64,000 bases of DNA from Nitrospirales bacterium (GTDB lineage Bacteria > Nitrospirota > Nitrospiria > Nitrospirales > UBA8639). The notes below the pieces were generated by a model. That model did no database searches, was not told where the DNA came from, and saw only the letters and a list, made by a program, of their open reading frames with translations. The translations under genes were made by a program, and so were the position numbers. The DNA lies in the NCBI GenBank assembly GCA_963555755.3, contig OY820905.2:4416001-4480000 (forward strand). Direction: 5' to 3'. Below, piece by piece: positions 49,815 to 59,089 of this stretch (position 1 is the first letter of the stretch; each line of letters starts with the position of its first letter).

Positions 49815-50579
49815 ATGGATATTCTTTCAATAATCGGAATGATTCTTTCCTTGGGCGCCATTTTTTGGGGGCAACATCTCGAGGGCGGCCATATCGGTTC
49901 GATCCTGCAGTTCACGGCGTTCATTATCGTCGCGGGGGGGACGCTTGGTGCCGTGATGCTTCAAACACCCATGCCTGCGTTCATCAAAGCCATCAAGTCG
50001 CTGAGCATGGTGTTTACCAATGTGCATGTGGATATGAAGGGGATGATCGCCCAACTGGTAGCATTATCGAATCTCAGTCGAAAACAAGGCTTATTAGCGC
50101 TAGAGGGGAAATTGAAAATGTTGGACGATCCTTTGTTAAAAAAGGGTCTGCAGATGGTGGTGGATGGAACTGAGCCAACGAAAATCCGAGAGATTCTGGA
50201 TGTCGAAGTCGAGATGTTCGAAGAAGAATACGTCAACGTCGGTAAGGTGTATGATGCGTTGGGTGGGTATGCACCTACGGTCGGGATTATTGGCGCAGTG
50301 CTCGGCTTGATTCACGTCATGGAAAATTTGGCCGATCCCTCGGCGTTAGGGGGAGGTATTGCCGTGGCCTTTGTCGCCACGGTGTATGGCGTTGGCGCGG
50401 CCAATCTGTTCTTTCTACCCTTTGGTGGAAAAATCAAATCGAAGGTCAAAGACCTCGTGATGTTCCGCATCATGACTATTGAAGGGTTGGTTTCACTTGC
50501 TCAGGGTGAAAACCCGCGGATGATCGAAGAAAAACTCAGTGGCTATCTTCCTGAAAAGGATCGCCCAGTGATTGGGTAA
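49815..50579 (+). CDS. motA: Flagellar stator protein MotA
   Basis: RKQGLLALE, YAPTVGIIGAVLGL, AFVATVYG. Confidence 0.95.
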   Translation: MDILSIIGMILSLGAIFWGQHLEGGHIGSILQFTAFIIVAGGTLGAVMLQTPMPAFIKAIKSLSMVFTNVHVDMKGMIAQLVALSNLSRKQGLLALEGKLKMLDDPLLKKGLQMVVDGTEPTKIREILDVEVEMFEEEYVNVGKVYDALGGYAPTVGIIGAVLGLIHVMENLADPSALGGGIAVAFVATVYGVGAANLFFLPFGGKIKSKVKDLVMFRIMTIEGLVSLAQGENPRMIEEKLSGYLPEKDRPVIG

Positions 50580-50619
50580 ATTATCGTCAAACGATCCGCC
50601 CGAATACAGCTCTCTTCCC

Positions 50620-51369
50620 ATGGCTCGAAAGAAAAAACACGAAGAACATGACAATAATGACCGGTGGCTGGTGTCCTATGCCGATTTTATTACCCTCCTC
50701 TTTGCCTTTTTTGTCGTCATGTACTCCGTGTCGTCAGTGAACGAAGGGAAATATCGCGTCATGAGTGAATCCATGGTTCTAGCCTTTACCAATCAAAAAC
50801 CCTTGGGGCAAATGTCAGTTGTGGAATTGCCGCTCGAAAAATCAACGCCGGAGATGGAAAAACAAATCCAGGATCGTCCGAATGACTTTCAAGTATATAT
50901 GAAGATGGCCGTTGCGTTGGGTGCGCTCGATATTAGTAGCTCCGACGTGTCGATCCAAAATTCCGCACGGGGTATTTCCATTAAAATTAAAGATGAAGTG
51001 GCGTTTGATAGTGGTAGTGTGCAGATGAAGCGAGAAATCACTGAGGTGTTGGATTTGATAGCGGCTCTTGTCAAGGATTTGCCGAATCTGATTAGTATTG
51101 AGGGCCATACGGATACGATTCCGATTCGGAGTGTGCAATTTCCCTCAAATTGGGAATTGTCCGCCTCTCGAGCAGCGGCACTTGTCCGATATTTTGTGAA
51201 TCAGCATCAGTTACGTTCAGAGCGTTTTTCAGCGACAGGATATGGCGGAGAGCGTCCTCTTGAAAGTAATGCGACCCCGGAAGGGCGTTCAGCCAATCGT
51301 CGTGTCGAAATCGTCATTTTGCGAGAAACCGCCATTCCAACAGGCAATCGGCTTCCCTCCTTGTCGTAA
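50620..51369 (+). CDS. motB: Flagellar stator protein MotB
   Basis: WLVSYADFITLLFAFF, EGHTD, SNWELS, NRRVEI. Confidence 0.96.
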   Translation: MARKKKHEEHDNNDRWLVSYADFITLLFAFFVVMYSVSSVNEGKYRVMSESMVLAFTNQKPLGQMSVVELPLEKSTPEMEKQIQDRPNDFQVYMKMAVALGALDISSSDVSIQNSARGISIKIKDEVAFDSGSVQMKREITEVLDLIAALVKDLPNLISIEGHTDTIPIRSVQFPSNWELSASRAAALVRYFVNQHQLRSERFSATGYGGERPLESNATPEGRSANRRVEIVILRETAIPTGNRLPSLS

Positions 51370-51725
51370 TTCCTTGCCCTCTGTTCATTGCAGACGTATT
51401 TCGAGTCTCGTCGTTTGTGAATCAAACGTGTGTTCTCTCCTGGGCGGCGAAGCGCTTTCGGCCTTCGTAGCTGATGGGCTACGAACGACTCCTCTTGTGA
51501 TTCCCTGGGCAAAAATATTCTGAACGGCAGGTTCTGCCTAGAACCGGATGCCACCTCGCCAAGCAAATTTCCCAGATTCATCGCTCCCTTTAAATGTTCG
51601 GACAAGACAGTCCGTGTGGCATAAGCCTGTGCCTATGCCGTATAGGTGAGAGGGCAGAGTTATCGTGAGTTCTTCTGGGCTTTCCAGACCCAAATATTCG
51701 GAAAGTAGCCAAGGCGATAAAAAGT

Positions 51726-51741
51726 TGGCATGGGCGTTGCT
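51726..51741 (+). promoter_or_regulatory. Sigma54 promoter of the flgF operon
   Basis: TGGCAT-GGGCG-TTGCT about 130 bp upstream of flgF. Confidence 0.8.
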
Positions 51742-51868
51742 ACCTTTGGAACAACGAGGAATGTCAAGAGTGAGTGGTAAGGTAGGGGGGGTAGGAACGG
51801 ATTCCCTGTTTTGTACTCCTTACTATGTATTCTGTACTCCTTATTTTTTCCATCAGGAGGTGTATGCG

Positions 51869-52594
51869 ATGAATCGAGGAGTCTATCCGCTGGTGGCGGG
51901 AGCCATTACTCAGGAACGTCAATTAGAATTGCTCGCGCATAATATCGGTAACATTCATACGACGGGTTTCAAGAAAGACCAAGCGGTGTTTGGAACGATT
52001 CTGGCACAGTCAGTGGGGCGACCTGTGGCGGGCTTTGACCTCTTTCCGCAAGTGGCTACTGTGCTACCCGATACCAGTCAGGGGACACTCCGGCATACAG
52101 GTAATCATATGGATGTTGGGCTGGAAGGTGAGGGATATCTTGTCGTGTCCACGCAGGCTGGTCCGCGGCATTTTCGAGGAGGGTCACTCAAAATTAATTC
52201 CAACGGCGAGTTAGCCACTCTATTGGGGGATCCGGTGTTGGGTAAGAATGGGCCCATTACGATACCTCAGGGCACCATGAATATTGACCGGCAGGGTGTG
52301 ATTCGCGTGGGTGGACGTCAAGTGGGTCAGTTGCGGATTGAACGGCTGGTGTCTTCGACGATACCGGTAAAAACTGGGGACCTGTACTGGGAAGTTCCTT
52401 CACAGAAACAGGTGGTGGATGCGCCGAATACACAAGTATTTCAAGGGAGTCTTGAGCAAGCGAATATCAATCCCAGCCTGGAGTTGATCAACATGATTAG
52501 GGTCACGCGGAGTTATGAACAAATGCAAAAGGCCATTCAAACCATGGATGAGATGACGGGACAAATGATTCAGTCAGCTCGGACGCAGGGGTAG
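51869..52594 (+). CDS. flgF: Flagellar basal-body rod protein FlgF
   Basis: AHNIGNIHTTGFK, GSLEQANIN; RBS AGGAGG; precedes flgG. Confidence 0.9.
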   Translation: MNRGVYPLVAGAITQERQLELLAHNIGNIHTTGFKKDQAVFGTILAQSVGRPVAGFDLFPQVATVLPDTSQGTLRHTGNHMDVGLEGEGYLVVSTQAGPRHFRGGSLKINSNGELATLLGDPVLGKNGPITIPQGTMNIDRQGVIRVGGRQVGQLRIERLVSSTIPVKTGDLYWEVPSQKQVVDAPNTQVFQGSLEQANINPSLELINMIRVTRSYEQMQKAIQTMDEMTGQMIQSARTQG

Positions 52595-52674
52595 GTGAAG
52601 GCCGTGATGCGTGACACGTGATGCGTGAAGCGTAGAGAAAAAGAAGGTCTGGCTTCGACGCATCACGCTTCACG
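52595..52674. repeat. Inverted heptamer array
   Basis: ccgtgat gcgtgac acgtgat gcgtgaa gcgt ... gacgc atcacgc ttcacga. Confidence 0.78.
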
Positions 52675-52735
52675 AAATTCCTGTAGAACATGAATATGAG
52701 AACAAAAGATACACCATCGTTAGGAGGATAAGATC

Positions 52736-53527
52736 ATGCTTCGTGCAATGCATACGGCCGCAACGGGCATGGCTGCTCAACAACTCAATATTGACACGAT
52801 TGCCCATAATCTCGCCAACGTGAATACCAACGGGTTTAAACGCAGTCGAGCGGAATTTGCGGATCTGTTGTATCAGATTCAACGACTCCCAGGGTCGAAC
52901 GCGTCAAATGTCGGTATCTTTCCCGTTGGAATTCAGGTGGGTGCCGGGGTGCGTCCTGTGACGGTGTCCAAAGAAAATATTCAAGGTAATCTCCGTCTCA
53001 CGGACAATGCCTTGGATATGGCGATCGAAGGGCAAGGGTTTTTCCAAATCCAACGCCCTGATGGAACGACGATGTATACACGGGCTGGTTCCTTTAAGCA
53101 GGACAATACCGGTAATTTGGTGACGGGAGACGGAGATCCCATGGTGCCAAATATCACGATTCCGTCCGGGGCATTGCAAATTGACATTGGCCAGGATGGG
53201 ACGGTGTCCGTCCTGCTTCCCGGTGTGACCACAGCCACGCAGGTCGGGCAAATTCAACTGGTTCGGTTTGACAATCCCTCGGGTTTGGTTGGGCAGGGCG
53301 GTAATTTATTTTTGGAGAGTACGGCTTCCGGCGCGGCTCAGGCAGGAACTCCCGGATTTTCAACGGGCTTTGGATTTATTCGCCAGGGCTTTCTTGAAGC
53401 GTCAAATGTCAATATCGCTGATGAGTTGGTCAATATGATCATTGCGCAACGAAGCTATGAAATTAATGCGAAAGCCATTCAAACGGCGGATGACATGATG
53501 CAGGTGGTGAACAACCTTAAACGGTAA
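52736..53527 (+). CDS. flgG: Flagellar distal rod protein FlgG
   Basis: NLANVNTNGFKRSRAEFADLLYQ, YTRAGSF, LEASNV, QRSYEINAK. Confidence 0.97.
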   Translation: MLRAMHTAATGMAAQQLNIDTIAHNLANVNTNGFKRSRAEFADLLYQIQRLPGSNASNVGIFPVGIQVGAGVRPVTVSKENIQGNLRLTDNALDMAIEGQGFFQIQRPDGTTMYTRAGSFKQDNTGNLVTGDGDPMVPNITIPSGALQIDIGQDGTVSVLLPGVTTATQVGQIQLVRFDNPSGLVGQGGNLFLESTASGAAQAGTPGFSTGFGFIRQGFLEASNVNIADELVNMIIAQRSYEINAKAIQTADDMMQVVNNLKR

Positions 53528-53593
53528 GCGGTGAATAGAAGAGAGTCGGGAGTCAAAAGTGAAGAGTAAGGCTCTGCACGGAAGTATGTTGAA

Positions 53594-53904
53594 CAAATCC
53601 GAATACCGAAAATCCGAAACCCGAATCTCGAAATCCGAAACACATTCAAATGTTCAAATTTCACATGACTCAAACGCCGGAGGACAAACAGTACGAGCTT
53701 GAAGGTCGAGTATGCCAATTCGCTCGCTCTGCCCAAATGATCTGTTTGAAACATTGCGTCGCAGCGTAAGTGATTCAAGAACAACACAGGTTCATGGGTT
53801 CCCGGTTCATGGTTGGAGAAAGATGAAGGTCAAACCTAGAACCTAGAACGGTGAACCTTATAACCTGTGGATTTGTTTCGGATTTCGAGATTAGGATTTC
53901 GTAT
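53594..53904 (+). repeat. H element; left member of a ~290-bp inverted pair
   Basis: Near-identical to the reverse complement of 57137-57433; contains mini-ORF 53665-53769. Confidence 0.85.
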
Positions 53905-53949
53905 TACACCACTAACATTATCATGAAAAACAAGAAGGAGGTGGAAAGC

Positions 53950-54699
53950 ATGTGGTGGCTCAGGATCGGAATGTGTGCCATGTTCGTGTTCGCGGCTCCA
54001 TTGTTGACTGTGGCCGAGAACAGATCACCTATTCCCGTGGTGACCACCTCAGCGTCTACCCAATCCGTGACTCCACAACAATTTCAGCGCACTCTCGAAA
54101 AACAATTTCGTCAACAATTTTCCATGGAAAATGTTGATTTCTCCGTCAAGATTCTTTTCCCGAAACAACCTATTGTGGTTCCCAAGGGTCGGGTGGGTAT
54201 TCAGATTCCTCCAGATACGATGAATGGACGAACCGGCCGACGTTCTATTCGGGGGGCGGTGCACGTCAATGAACAGTTCGAGCAAATGGTGAATCTCGTT
54301 GCGGACATTTCCGCCCACATGCAGGTGGTGGCGCCCATCCGTTTTATCAAGGCTCGAGAAATCCTCCAACCTGAAGATATTCACTTGATCGATGTCGCGT
54401 TGCCCGCGCTCCGACATAATTTTTTGCCACACGAGGATATGGCGATTGGAAAAAAGGCGGTGCGGCATCTTTCACCCAATCTCCCTATTCAGCAACCCTA
54501 TCTCGCCGAGCCACCTGTAATTCATAAAGGCGATCGGGTGGTGCTGGAAGTACGCCAGGGTAGCTTGATCGTGCAAACGGTGGGTATCGCCAAAGAATCG
54601 GGAGAACCCGGAAAAACCATCGCGGTGAAAAACCAGGCGTCTGGTCGTGAAGTCATTGGCCAAGTGGTGCATGCCGGGCTTGTCAAGGTGTTGTTTTGA
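53950..54699 (+). CDS. flgA: P-ring chaperone FlgA
   Basis: Signal peptide, SAF-like domain, GEPGKTIAVKNQASGREVIG; RBS AAGGAGGTG. Confidence 0.9.
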   Translation: MWWLRIGMCAMFVFAAPLLTVAENRSPIPVVTTSASTQSVTPQQFQRTLEKQFRQQFSMENVDFSVKILFPKQPIVVPKGRVGIQIPPDTMNGRTGRRSIRGAVHVNEQFEQMVNLVADISAHMQVVAPIRFIKAREILQPEDIHLIDVALPALRHNFLPHEDMAIGKKAVRHLSPNLPIQQPYLAEPPVIHKGDRVVLEVRQGSLIVQTVGIAKESGEPGKTIAVKNQASGREVIGQVVHAGLVKVLF

Positions 54700-55403
54700 G
54701 TGAATGGCTGAACCGGTTGCCGTGTGTACTGCGAGTGGGGTTTCCATTGGTGATCCTGCTCTTTGCTACGGCATGCGACAAATCCCTGCCGATTTTCCAA
54801 GAGAAAGACGAGAAGATGCCGGATCTACTGATGATGGACCTCCCCCGTACTTCAGGGTCATTATGGCAGGCCGGGAATGGACGGGCGTACATGTTCGAAG
54901 ATCTGCGGGCGAGTCGAGTGGGAGACATTGTGATTGTTCAGATCGTGGAACAACATAAAGGGTCTAAGAGGGCCAATACGGATGTGGATCGTGAGTCTAC
55001 CTACGATGGGAGCCTCGGAGGTTCGTTTTTCGGATTGAATAATTTGGCATCCGTCTTTGTCGATGGAATAGAACTCAATGCAAGTACCAAAAACGAATTT
55101 GAGGGCTCAGGATCAACGAGTCGGGAAGATACCTTAACGGGAACCATTGCGGCCCGTGTGGTGGAAGTGTTGCCCAATGGGGATATGCGGATCATGGGTC
55201 GTCGAGAGGTGACGGTCAACAGCGAGAAGCAAACCATGACCCTCTCCGGGATTGTCCGCCGGATTGATTTAGATACGTCCAATACCGTGCTGTCTTCCTC
55301 TATTGCAGAAGCGATAATCGAGTATTCGGGCCTGGGTGTAGTTGACGACGTCCAACGACCGGGTTGGGGGATCCGTATTCTAGATTGGATCATTCCGTTG
55401 TAA
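54696..55403 (+). CDS. flgH: L-ring protein FlgH
   Basis: Lipobox FATAC, FEDLRASRVGDIV, VLPNGDM, SIAEAIIEYSG. Confidence 0.95.
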   Translation: MSEWLNRLPCVLRVGFPLVILLFATACDKSLPIFQEKDEKMPDLLMMDLPRTSGSLWQAGNGRAYMFEDLRASRVGDIVIVQIVEQHKGSKRANTDVDRESTYDGSLGGSFFGLNNLASVFVDGIELNASTKNEFEGSGSTSREDTLTGTIAARVVEVLPNGDMRIMGRREVTVNSEKQTMTLSGIVRRIDLDTSNTVLSSSIAEAIIEYSGLGVVDDVQRPGWGIRILDWIIPL

Positions 55404-55408
55404 AGATC

Positions 55409-55504
55409 GGTCGCTCGTGGTGAGTTGTTTGTTGTTCGTTGTTCGTCGCGAGTACTTGGGATCGTACAGTCCTCTTTCTTACTAGCGACGAGCAACCAGC
55501 GACT
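55409..55504. repeat. Inverted heptamer array (GTTGCTC / GAGCAAC type)
   Basis: gtcgctc ... gttgttt gttgttc gttgttc gtcgcga ... tagcgac gagcaac cagcgac. Confidence 0.7.
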
Positions 55505-55529
55505 ATTTTCCTCATGAGGTACTGCTAAG

Positions 55530-56660
55530 GTGAAGAGATTCCAGCAACCATGTTTTCTGATCGTCGCACTCATCTTGGCTCTCTTAGGAGGGGATGGGTG
55601 GAATTCCACTGAGGCCGCTCGAATCAAGGATTTTACCTCGATTGAGGGCGTTCGTGACAACCAATTGATCGGGTACGGGCTTGTTGTGGGGTTGGACCGA
55701 ACCGGTGATTCGGTCGTCGGTGGACAATTTACGGCACAGGCGATTATTTCGATGCTCAACAACATGGGGATTAATTTAAAAATTGATCCGAATCAGTTGC
55801 TGACCCGGAACACGGCCTCCGTGATTGTGACGGCGAAATTGCCTCCCTTTGCCAGACCAGGGATCAAGTTGGATGTCCAAGTGTCTTCACTGGCCAATGC
55901 GAAAAGTTTAAAGGGTGGCACGTTGTTGATGACTCCCTTGAAGGCTCCGAATCAAGAAGTCTATGCCGTGGCGCAAGGGCCGATATCGACGTCCGGGTTT
56001 GGCGGGGGTGGGGCGGGAACGTCGGTCACAAAAAATCAGCAATCGGGCGGGATTGTGCCGAGTGGCGCCATTGTGGAAAAGACCGTGGAATTACACATCG
56101 AAGACTGGGATTCATTTTCTTTGGGGTTGCAACAAGCGGATTTTACGACGTCGCTCCGAATCGCGGAAGTGATCAATACTCATCTTGGTGAAGGCATTGC
56201 CACTCCCGTGAGTTCCGGGCAAGTGCTGGTGACTGTACCCGATGCTTTTAAAGGAAAAATTGTACAGTTGATCGCCGCCGTAGAAGGGTTGGATGTCAAG
56301 GTGGACGTTCGAGCCAAGGTGGTCGTGAATGAACGCACGGGAACGATTGTGATGGGGGAACACGTGCGTTTGTCGAGCATGGCGGTCTCTCATGGGAATC
56401 TGACGATCAAAATCAAGACGAGTTTTACTGTATCGCAACCAGGACCGGCTAGCTTTGGCGGGGAAACCGTTGTGACACCGGAGGTCGAAGCCACGATTGA
56501 CGAAGAAAATGGTCGCGTGATTCAGGTGGATGGTTCCATTACCTTGGGTGATTTGGTGAAAGCCTTGAATTCTGTAGGCGTGACTCCCCGTGACCTTGTC
56601 GCTGTGTTGACTGCGGCAAAAGCCGCCGGGGCACTTCAAGCCGATTTGGAAATGATGTAG
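55530..56660 (+). CDS. flgI: P-ring protein FlgI
   Basis: RIKD, NQLIGYGLVVGL, AKVVVNERTGTIVMG, AGALQADL. Confidence 0.97.
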   Translation: MKRFQQPCFLIVALILALLGGDGWNSTEAARIKDFTSIEGVRDNQLIGYGLVVGLDRTGDSVVGGQFTAQAIISMLNNMGINLKIDPNQLLTRNTASVIVTAKLPPFARPGIKLDVQVSSLANAKSLKGGTLLMTPLKAPNQEVYAVAQGPISTSGFGGGGAGTSVTKNQQSGGIVPSGAIVEKTVELHIEDWDSFSLGLQQADFTTSLRIAEVINTHLGEGIATPVSSGQVLVTVPDAFKGKIVQLIAAVEGLDVKVDVRAKVVVNERTGTIVMGEHVRLSSMAVSHGNLTIKIKTSFTVSQPGPASFGGETVVTPEVEATIDEENGRVIQVDGSITLGDLVKALNSVGVTPRDLVAVLTAAKAAGALQADLEMM

Positions 56661-56663
56661 TAC

Positions 56664-56757
56664 GTCGCTTGTCGCTGGTTGCTCGAAAAAATTGGGGTTG
56701 AAGGGTCCCCGTACCAGCAACTGGCGACGAGCCACTGGGGACGAGCAACCAGCAACT
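56664..56757. repeat. Inverted heptamer array
   Basis: gtcgctt gtcgctg gttgctc ... cagcaac tggcgac gagccac tggggac gagcaac cagcaac. Confidence 0.75.
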
Positions 56758-56779
56758 GTTATCTTCGAGGAGGGGGCTT

Positions 56780-57121
56780 ATGATTCCTGGAGTTGAAGGA
56801 CTCGTTGCACAAGCAACAGATCATGCGTTTGCAGATGGCCGCATTGAGGCCATCAAAAGTGACATTCAGGAGGGAAAAATTAAAAAAGCGAGTGAAGAAT
56901 TTGAAGCGTATTTTATTTCTTACCTACTCAAAGTGATGAGAGAGACCGTACCGAAGGGTCTTTTCACGGAAAACAAGATGGGAGAGGTGTTTCAATCTTT
57001 TTATGATGAAGCGATTGGCAAGGAATCCGCAAAGATTGGGGGGTTTGGCTTAGCGCAGTACATTGAGGCGAAACTGCGTGAAGATGACGTGATCTTCAGT
57101 CGGGAAGGCAAAATTGAATAG
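56780..57121 (+). CDS. flgJ: FlgJ rod-binding domain protein (no muramidase domain)
   Basis: KKASEEFEAYFISYLLKVMRETVP, GGFGLAQ. Confidence 0.88.
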   Translation: MIPGVEGLVAQATDHAFADGRIEAIKSDIQEGKIKKASEEFEAYFISYLLKVMRETVPKGLFTENKMGEVFQSFYDEAIGKESAKIGGFGLAQYIEAKLREDDVIFSREGKIE

Positions 57122-57136
57122 CCGGGATGAGGACGG

Positions 57137-57433
57137 AAATTCGAAATCAGAATATCGACATTCGAAACACATCCACAGGTTATAAGGTTCACCGTTCTAG
57201 GTTCTAGGTTTGACCTTCATCTTTCTCCAACCATGAACCGGGAACCCATGAACCTGTGTTGTTCTTGAATCACTTACGCTGCGACGCAATGTTTCAAACA
57301 GATCATTTGGGCAGAGCGAGCGAATTGGCATACTCGACCTTCAAGCTCATACTGTTTGTCTTCCGGTGTTTGAGTCATGTGAAATTTGAACATTTGAATT
57401 TGTTTCGGATTTCGACATTCGGATTTCGGATTT
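57137..57433 (-). repeat. H element; right member of the inverted pair
   Basis: Reverse complement of about 53610-53904 with few substitutions; mini-ORF 57378-57274. Confidence 0.85.
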
Positions 57434-57520
57434 GATGATAACGTAGCCTTATCAGGCTCTCCTGATGAACTTCGCCTTGGATGTTATGGCATCGAACCTT
57501 GGGCAACGAGCACCCTTACT

Positions 57521-57547
57521 TAAGTTATAACGGCCTATAACCGATAA
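57521..57547 (+). promoter_or_regulatory. Sigma28 promoter of flgM
   Basis: TAAG-N15-ACCGATAA about 22 bp upstream of the flgM ATG. Confidence 0.78.
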
Positions 57548-57569
57548 TAACGGTAAGGAGGATTCTCAA

Positions 57570-57887
57570 ATGGCTATATCAGGATCTGATCCTGTCAATG
57601 ATTTGAATCAAGCATTGTTTGGGGTGCGTCGCCCACAAGGAGGGGACAAACGTACAGGGGATGCCTCAACAACTCCATCCGTCGGAAGGATTGGGGATAC
57701 CGTTGCCTTCTCTCCTGGAATTATGGAACGAGAAGCGGTGGTCAATCAAATCCGAGCATTACCGGATATCCGTGTTGAGCAATTGGCCTCGGTTCAACAG
57801 GCTCTTGCTTCAGGGCAACTCCATGTGGATGGGGACCGTCTCGCCGCCGGTGTCATTCGGGAAATAGTGTTAAACGCCGTGGTTTAG
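57570..57887 (+). CDS. flgM: Anti-sigma28 factor FlgM
   Basis: DTVAFS, LPDIRVEQLASVQQALASGQLHVDGDRLA; position flgJ-flgM-flgN-flgK. Confidence 0.85.
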   Translation: MAISGSDPVNDLNQALFGVRRPQGGDKRTGDASTTPSVGRIGDTVAFSPGIMEREAVVNQIRALPDIRVEQLASVQQALASGQLHVDGDRLAAGVIREIVLNAVV

Positions 57888-58012
57888 GACCTGAGAGAAA
57901 ATAACTTGGACACTATCGCGCCAAGATTTGGGTCGGATTTGGACGGAACGATTGAGAAACACCCGAGGCCTAGCACAGCGATGGTGAGGGTGTTTCGATT
58001 GAGGCCCGTTCA

Positions 58013-58342
58013 ACCTAGAAACGGCAGTTGGGCGCAAAAAAGACGTGTAAGAAATTGGTGTGCATGGTGCAATACAAAAAGTCGTGGTCACCTCGGTGGT
58101 GATGAGACCTTTTTGTATTGTGCGAGGAGCCTGTCCGAGATTAGCGATCGTGACGAGGGGGGGCTGGTTTGAGTCAGATGTTTCGATCGTTTGAGGCGAA
58201 TAGTGGTGACTATTTAACGAAAAGGATCGAAAGATCTGGCCAAATCCAGCGCACCCGCAGTAGATCGGTCTAATCTTGGACAGGCTCCTTGGTGCGCCAA
58301 GAGCTTGCGCGGACTTTTGTGATCCAACTGCTGCTTCTAGGT
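58013..58342. mobile_element. MITE family E copy 5 (inside G)
   Basis: Flanked by duplicated TCA. Confidence 0.86.
58127..58287. mobile_element. MITE family C copy 5 (inside E)
   Basis: 161 bp, reads identical to C copy 2 without its B insert, same CGAG/CTTG flanks. Confidence 0.86.
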
Positions 58343-58454
58343 TCAATGATGGCCCGAAGATTGGATGCGAGATATCCAAGTTATTTTCTCTCAGGTCCTT
58401 AATGGGGTATTGAAATATTCAAAGATGGGTGGTCCATTATGTGTAGGCCTTCAG

Positions 58455-58528
58455 TCGTCGCTCGTATCTCGTGAAAGAACGACATACGAGATACGCTTCA
58501 CGAATCACGTCTCACGCTTCACGTTCAC
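58455..58528. repeat. Mixed heptamer array
   Basis: tcgtcgc tcgtatc tcgt ... acgacat acgagat acgcttc acgaatc acgtctc acgcttc acg. Confidence 0.7.
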
Positions 58529-58576
58529 AAAGAACGGAGCGAATTGTGTGGTCCCATTTTTGGAGGACATCTGCCA

Positions 58577-59077
58577 ATGAATGCCACGGGTGTATGGGGT
58601 GATCTCCTTGGGACCCTCCGTTCTGAACGGACGACCTACCATCACCTCTCCACGTTGTTGATGCAAGAGCAGGATGCGTTGCGCCGGATGGCGTCTGATC
58701 TGTTACTCGATATTACCGAGAAAAAGAAAATGGTGTTGTCGGACTTGCGTGACTTGGATGCCCGTCGATTGGCCTTGTTCGAGACGCTGTTGGGTTCTCA
58801 GCTCATTCAGACGCCCCTTGATTGGCTCCCGCACCTCACCAAGGCTCAGGCGCCTTGGGGAGGACAGGCTTCCGCTGAATTCCGAGATGTGCTCAAAGTC
58901 GCGCGTCTTGTCGCTGATCAAGGTCGCCAAAACGCGGAACTGACCCATCGTGGTTTGAGCATCGTTCGTGAGGCCTTGCGTCTGATTCATGGAGGAGGGA
59001 ATCAGGAGCCTATATACGAGGGGTCGGGAGAAATTCGATTGCCCTCGGTGACTTCATCGTTAAGTGTGCACGGATAA
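58577..59077 (+). CDS. flgN: Export chaperone FlgN
   Basis: Helical 166-aa ORF between flgM and flgK with a C-terminal IYEGSG motif. Confidence 0.78.
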   Translation: MNATGVWGDLLGTLRSERTTYHHLSTLLMQEQDALRRMASDLLLDITEKKKMVLSDLRDLDARRLALFETLLGSQLIQTPLDWLPHLTKAQAPWGGQASAEFRDVLKVARLVADQGRQNAELTHRGLSIVREALRLIHGGGNQEPIYEGSGEIRLPSVTSSLSVHG

Positions 59078-59089
59078 CCATTCGAGATT

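Larger units (their letters stand above)
57887..58398. mobile_element. MITE family G copy 5, containing E(C)
   Basis: Flanked by duplicated TTA; inserted in the flgM stop codon. Confidence 0.86.

Noticed and set aside
53665..53769. Diversity-generating retroelement (suggested by the Avd-related fold)
   Set aside because: No reverse transcriptase and no template/variable repeat pair with adenine-specific differences.
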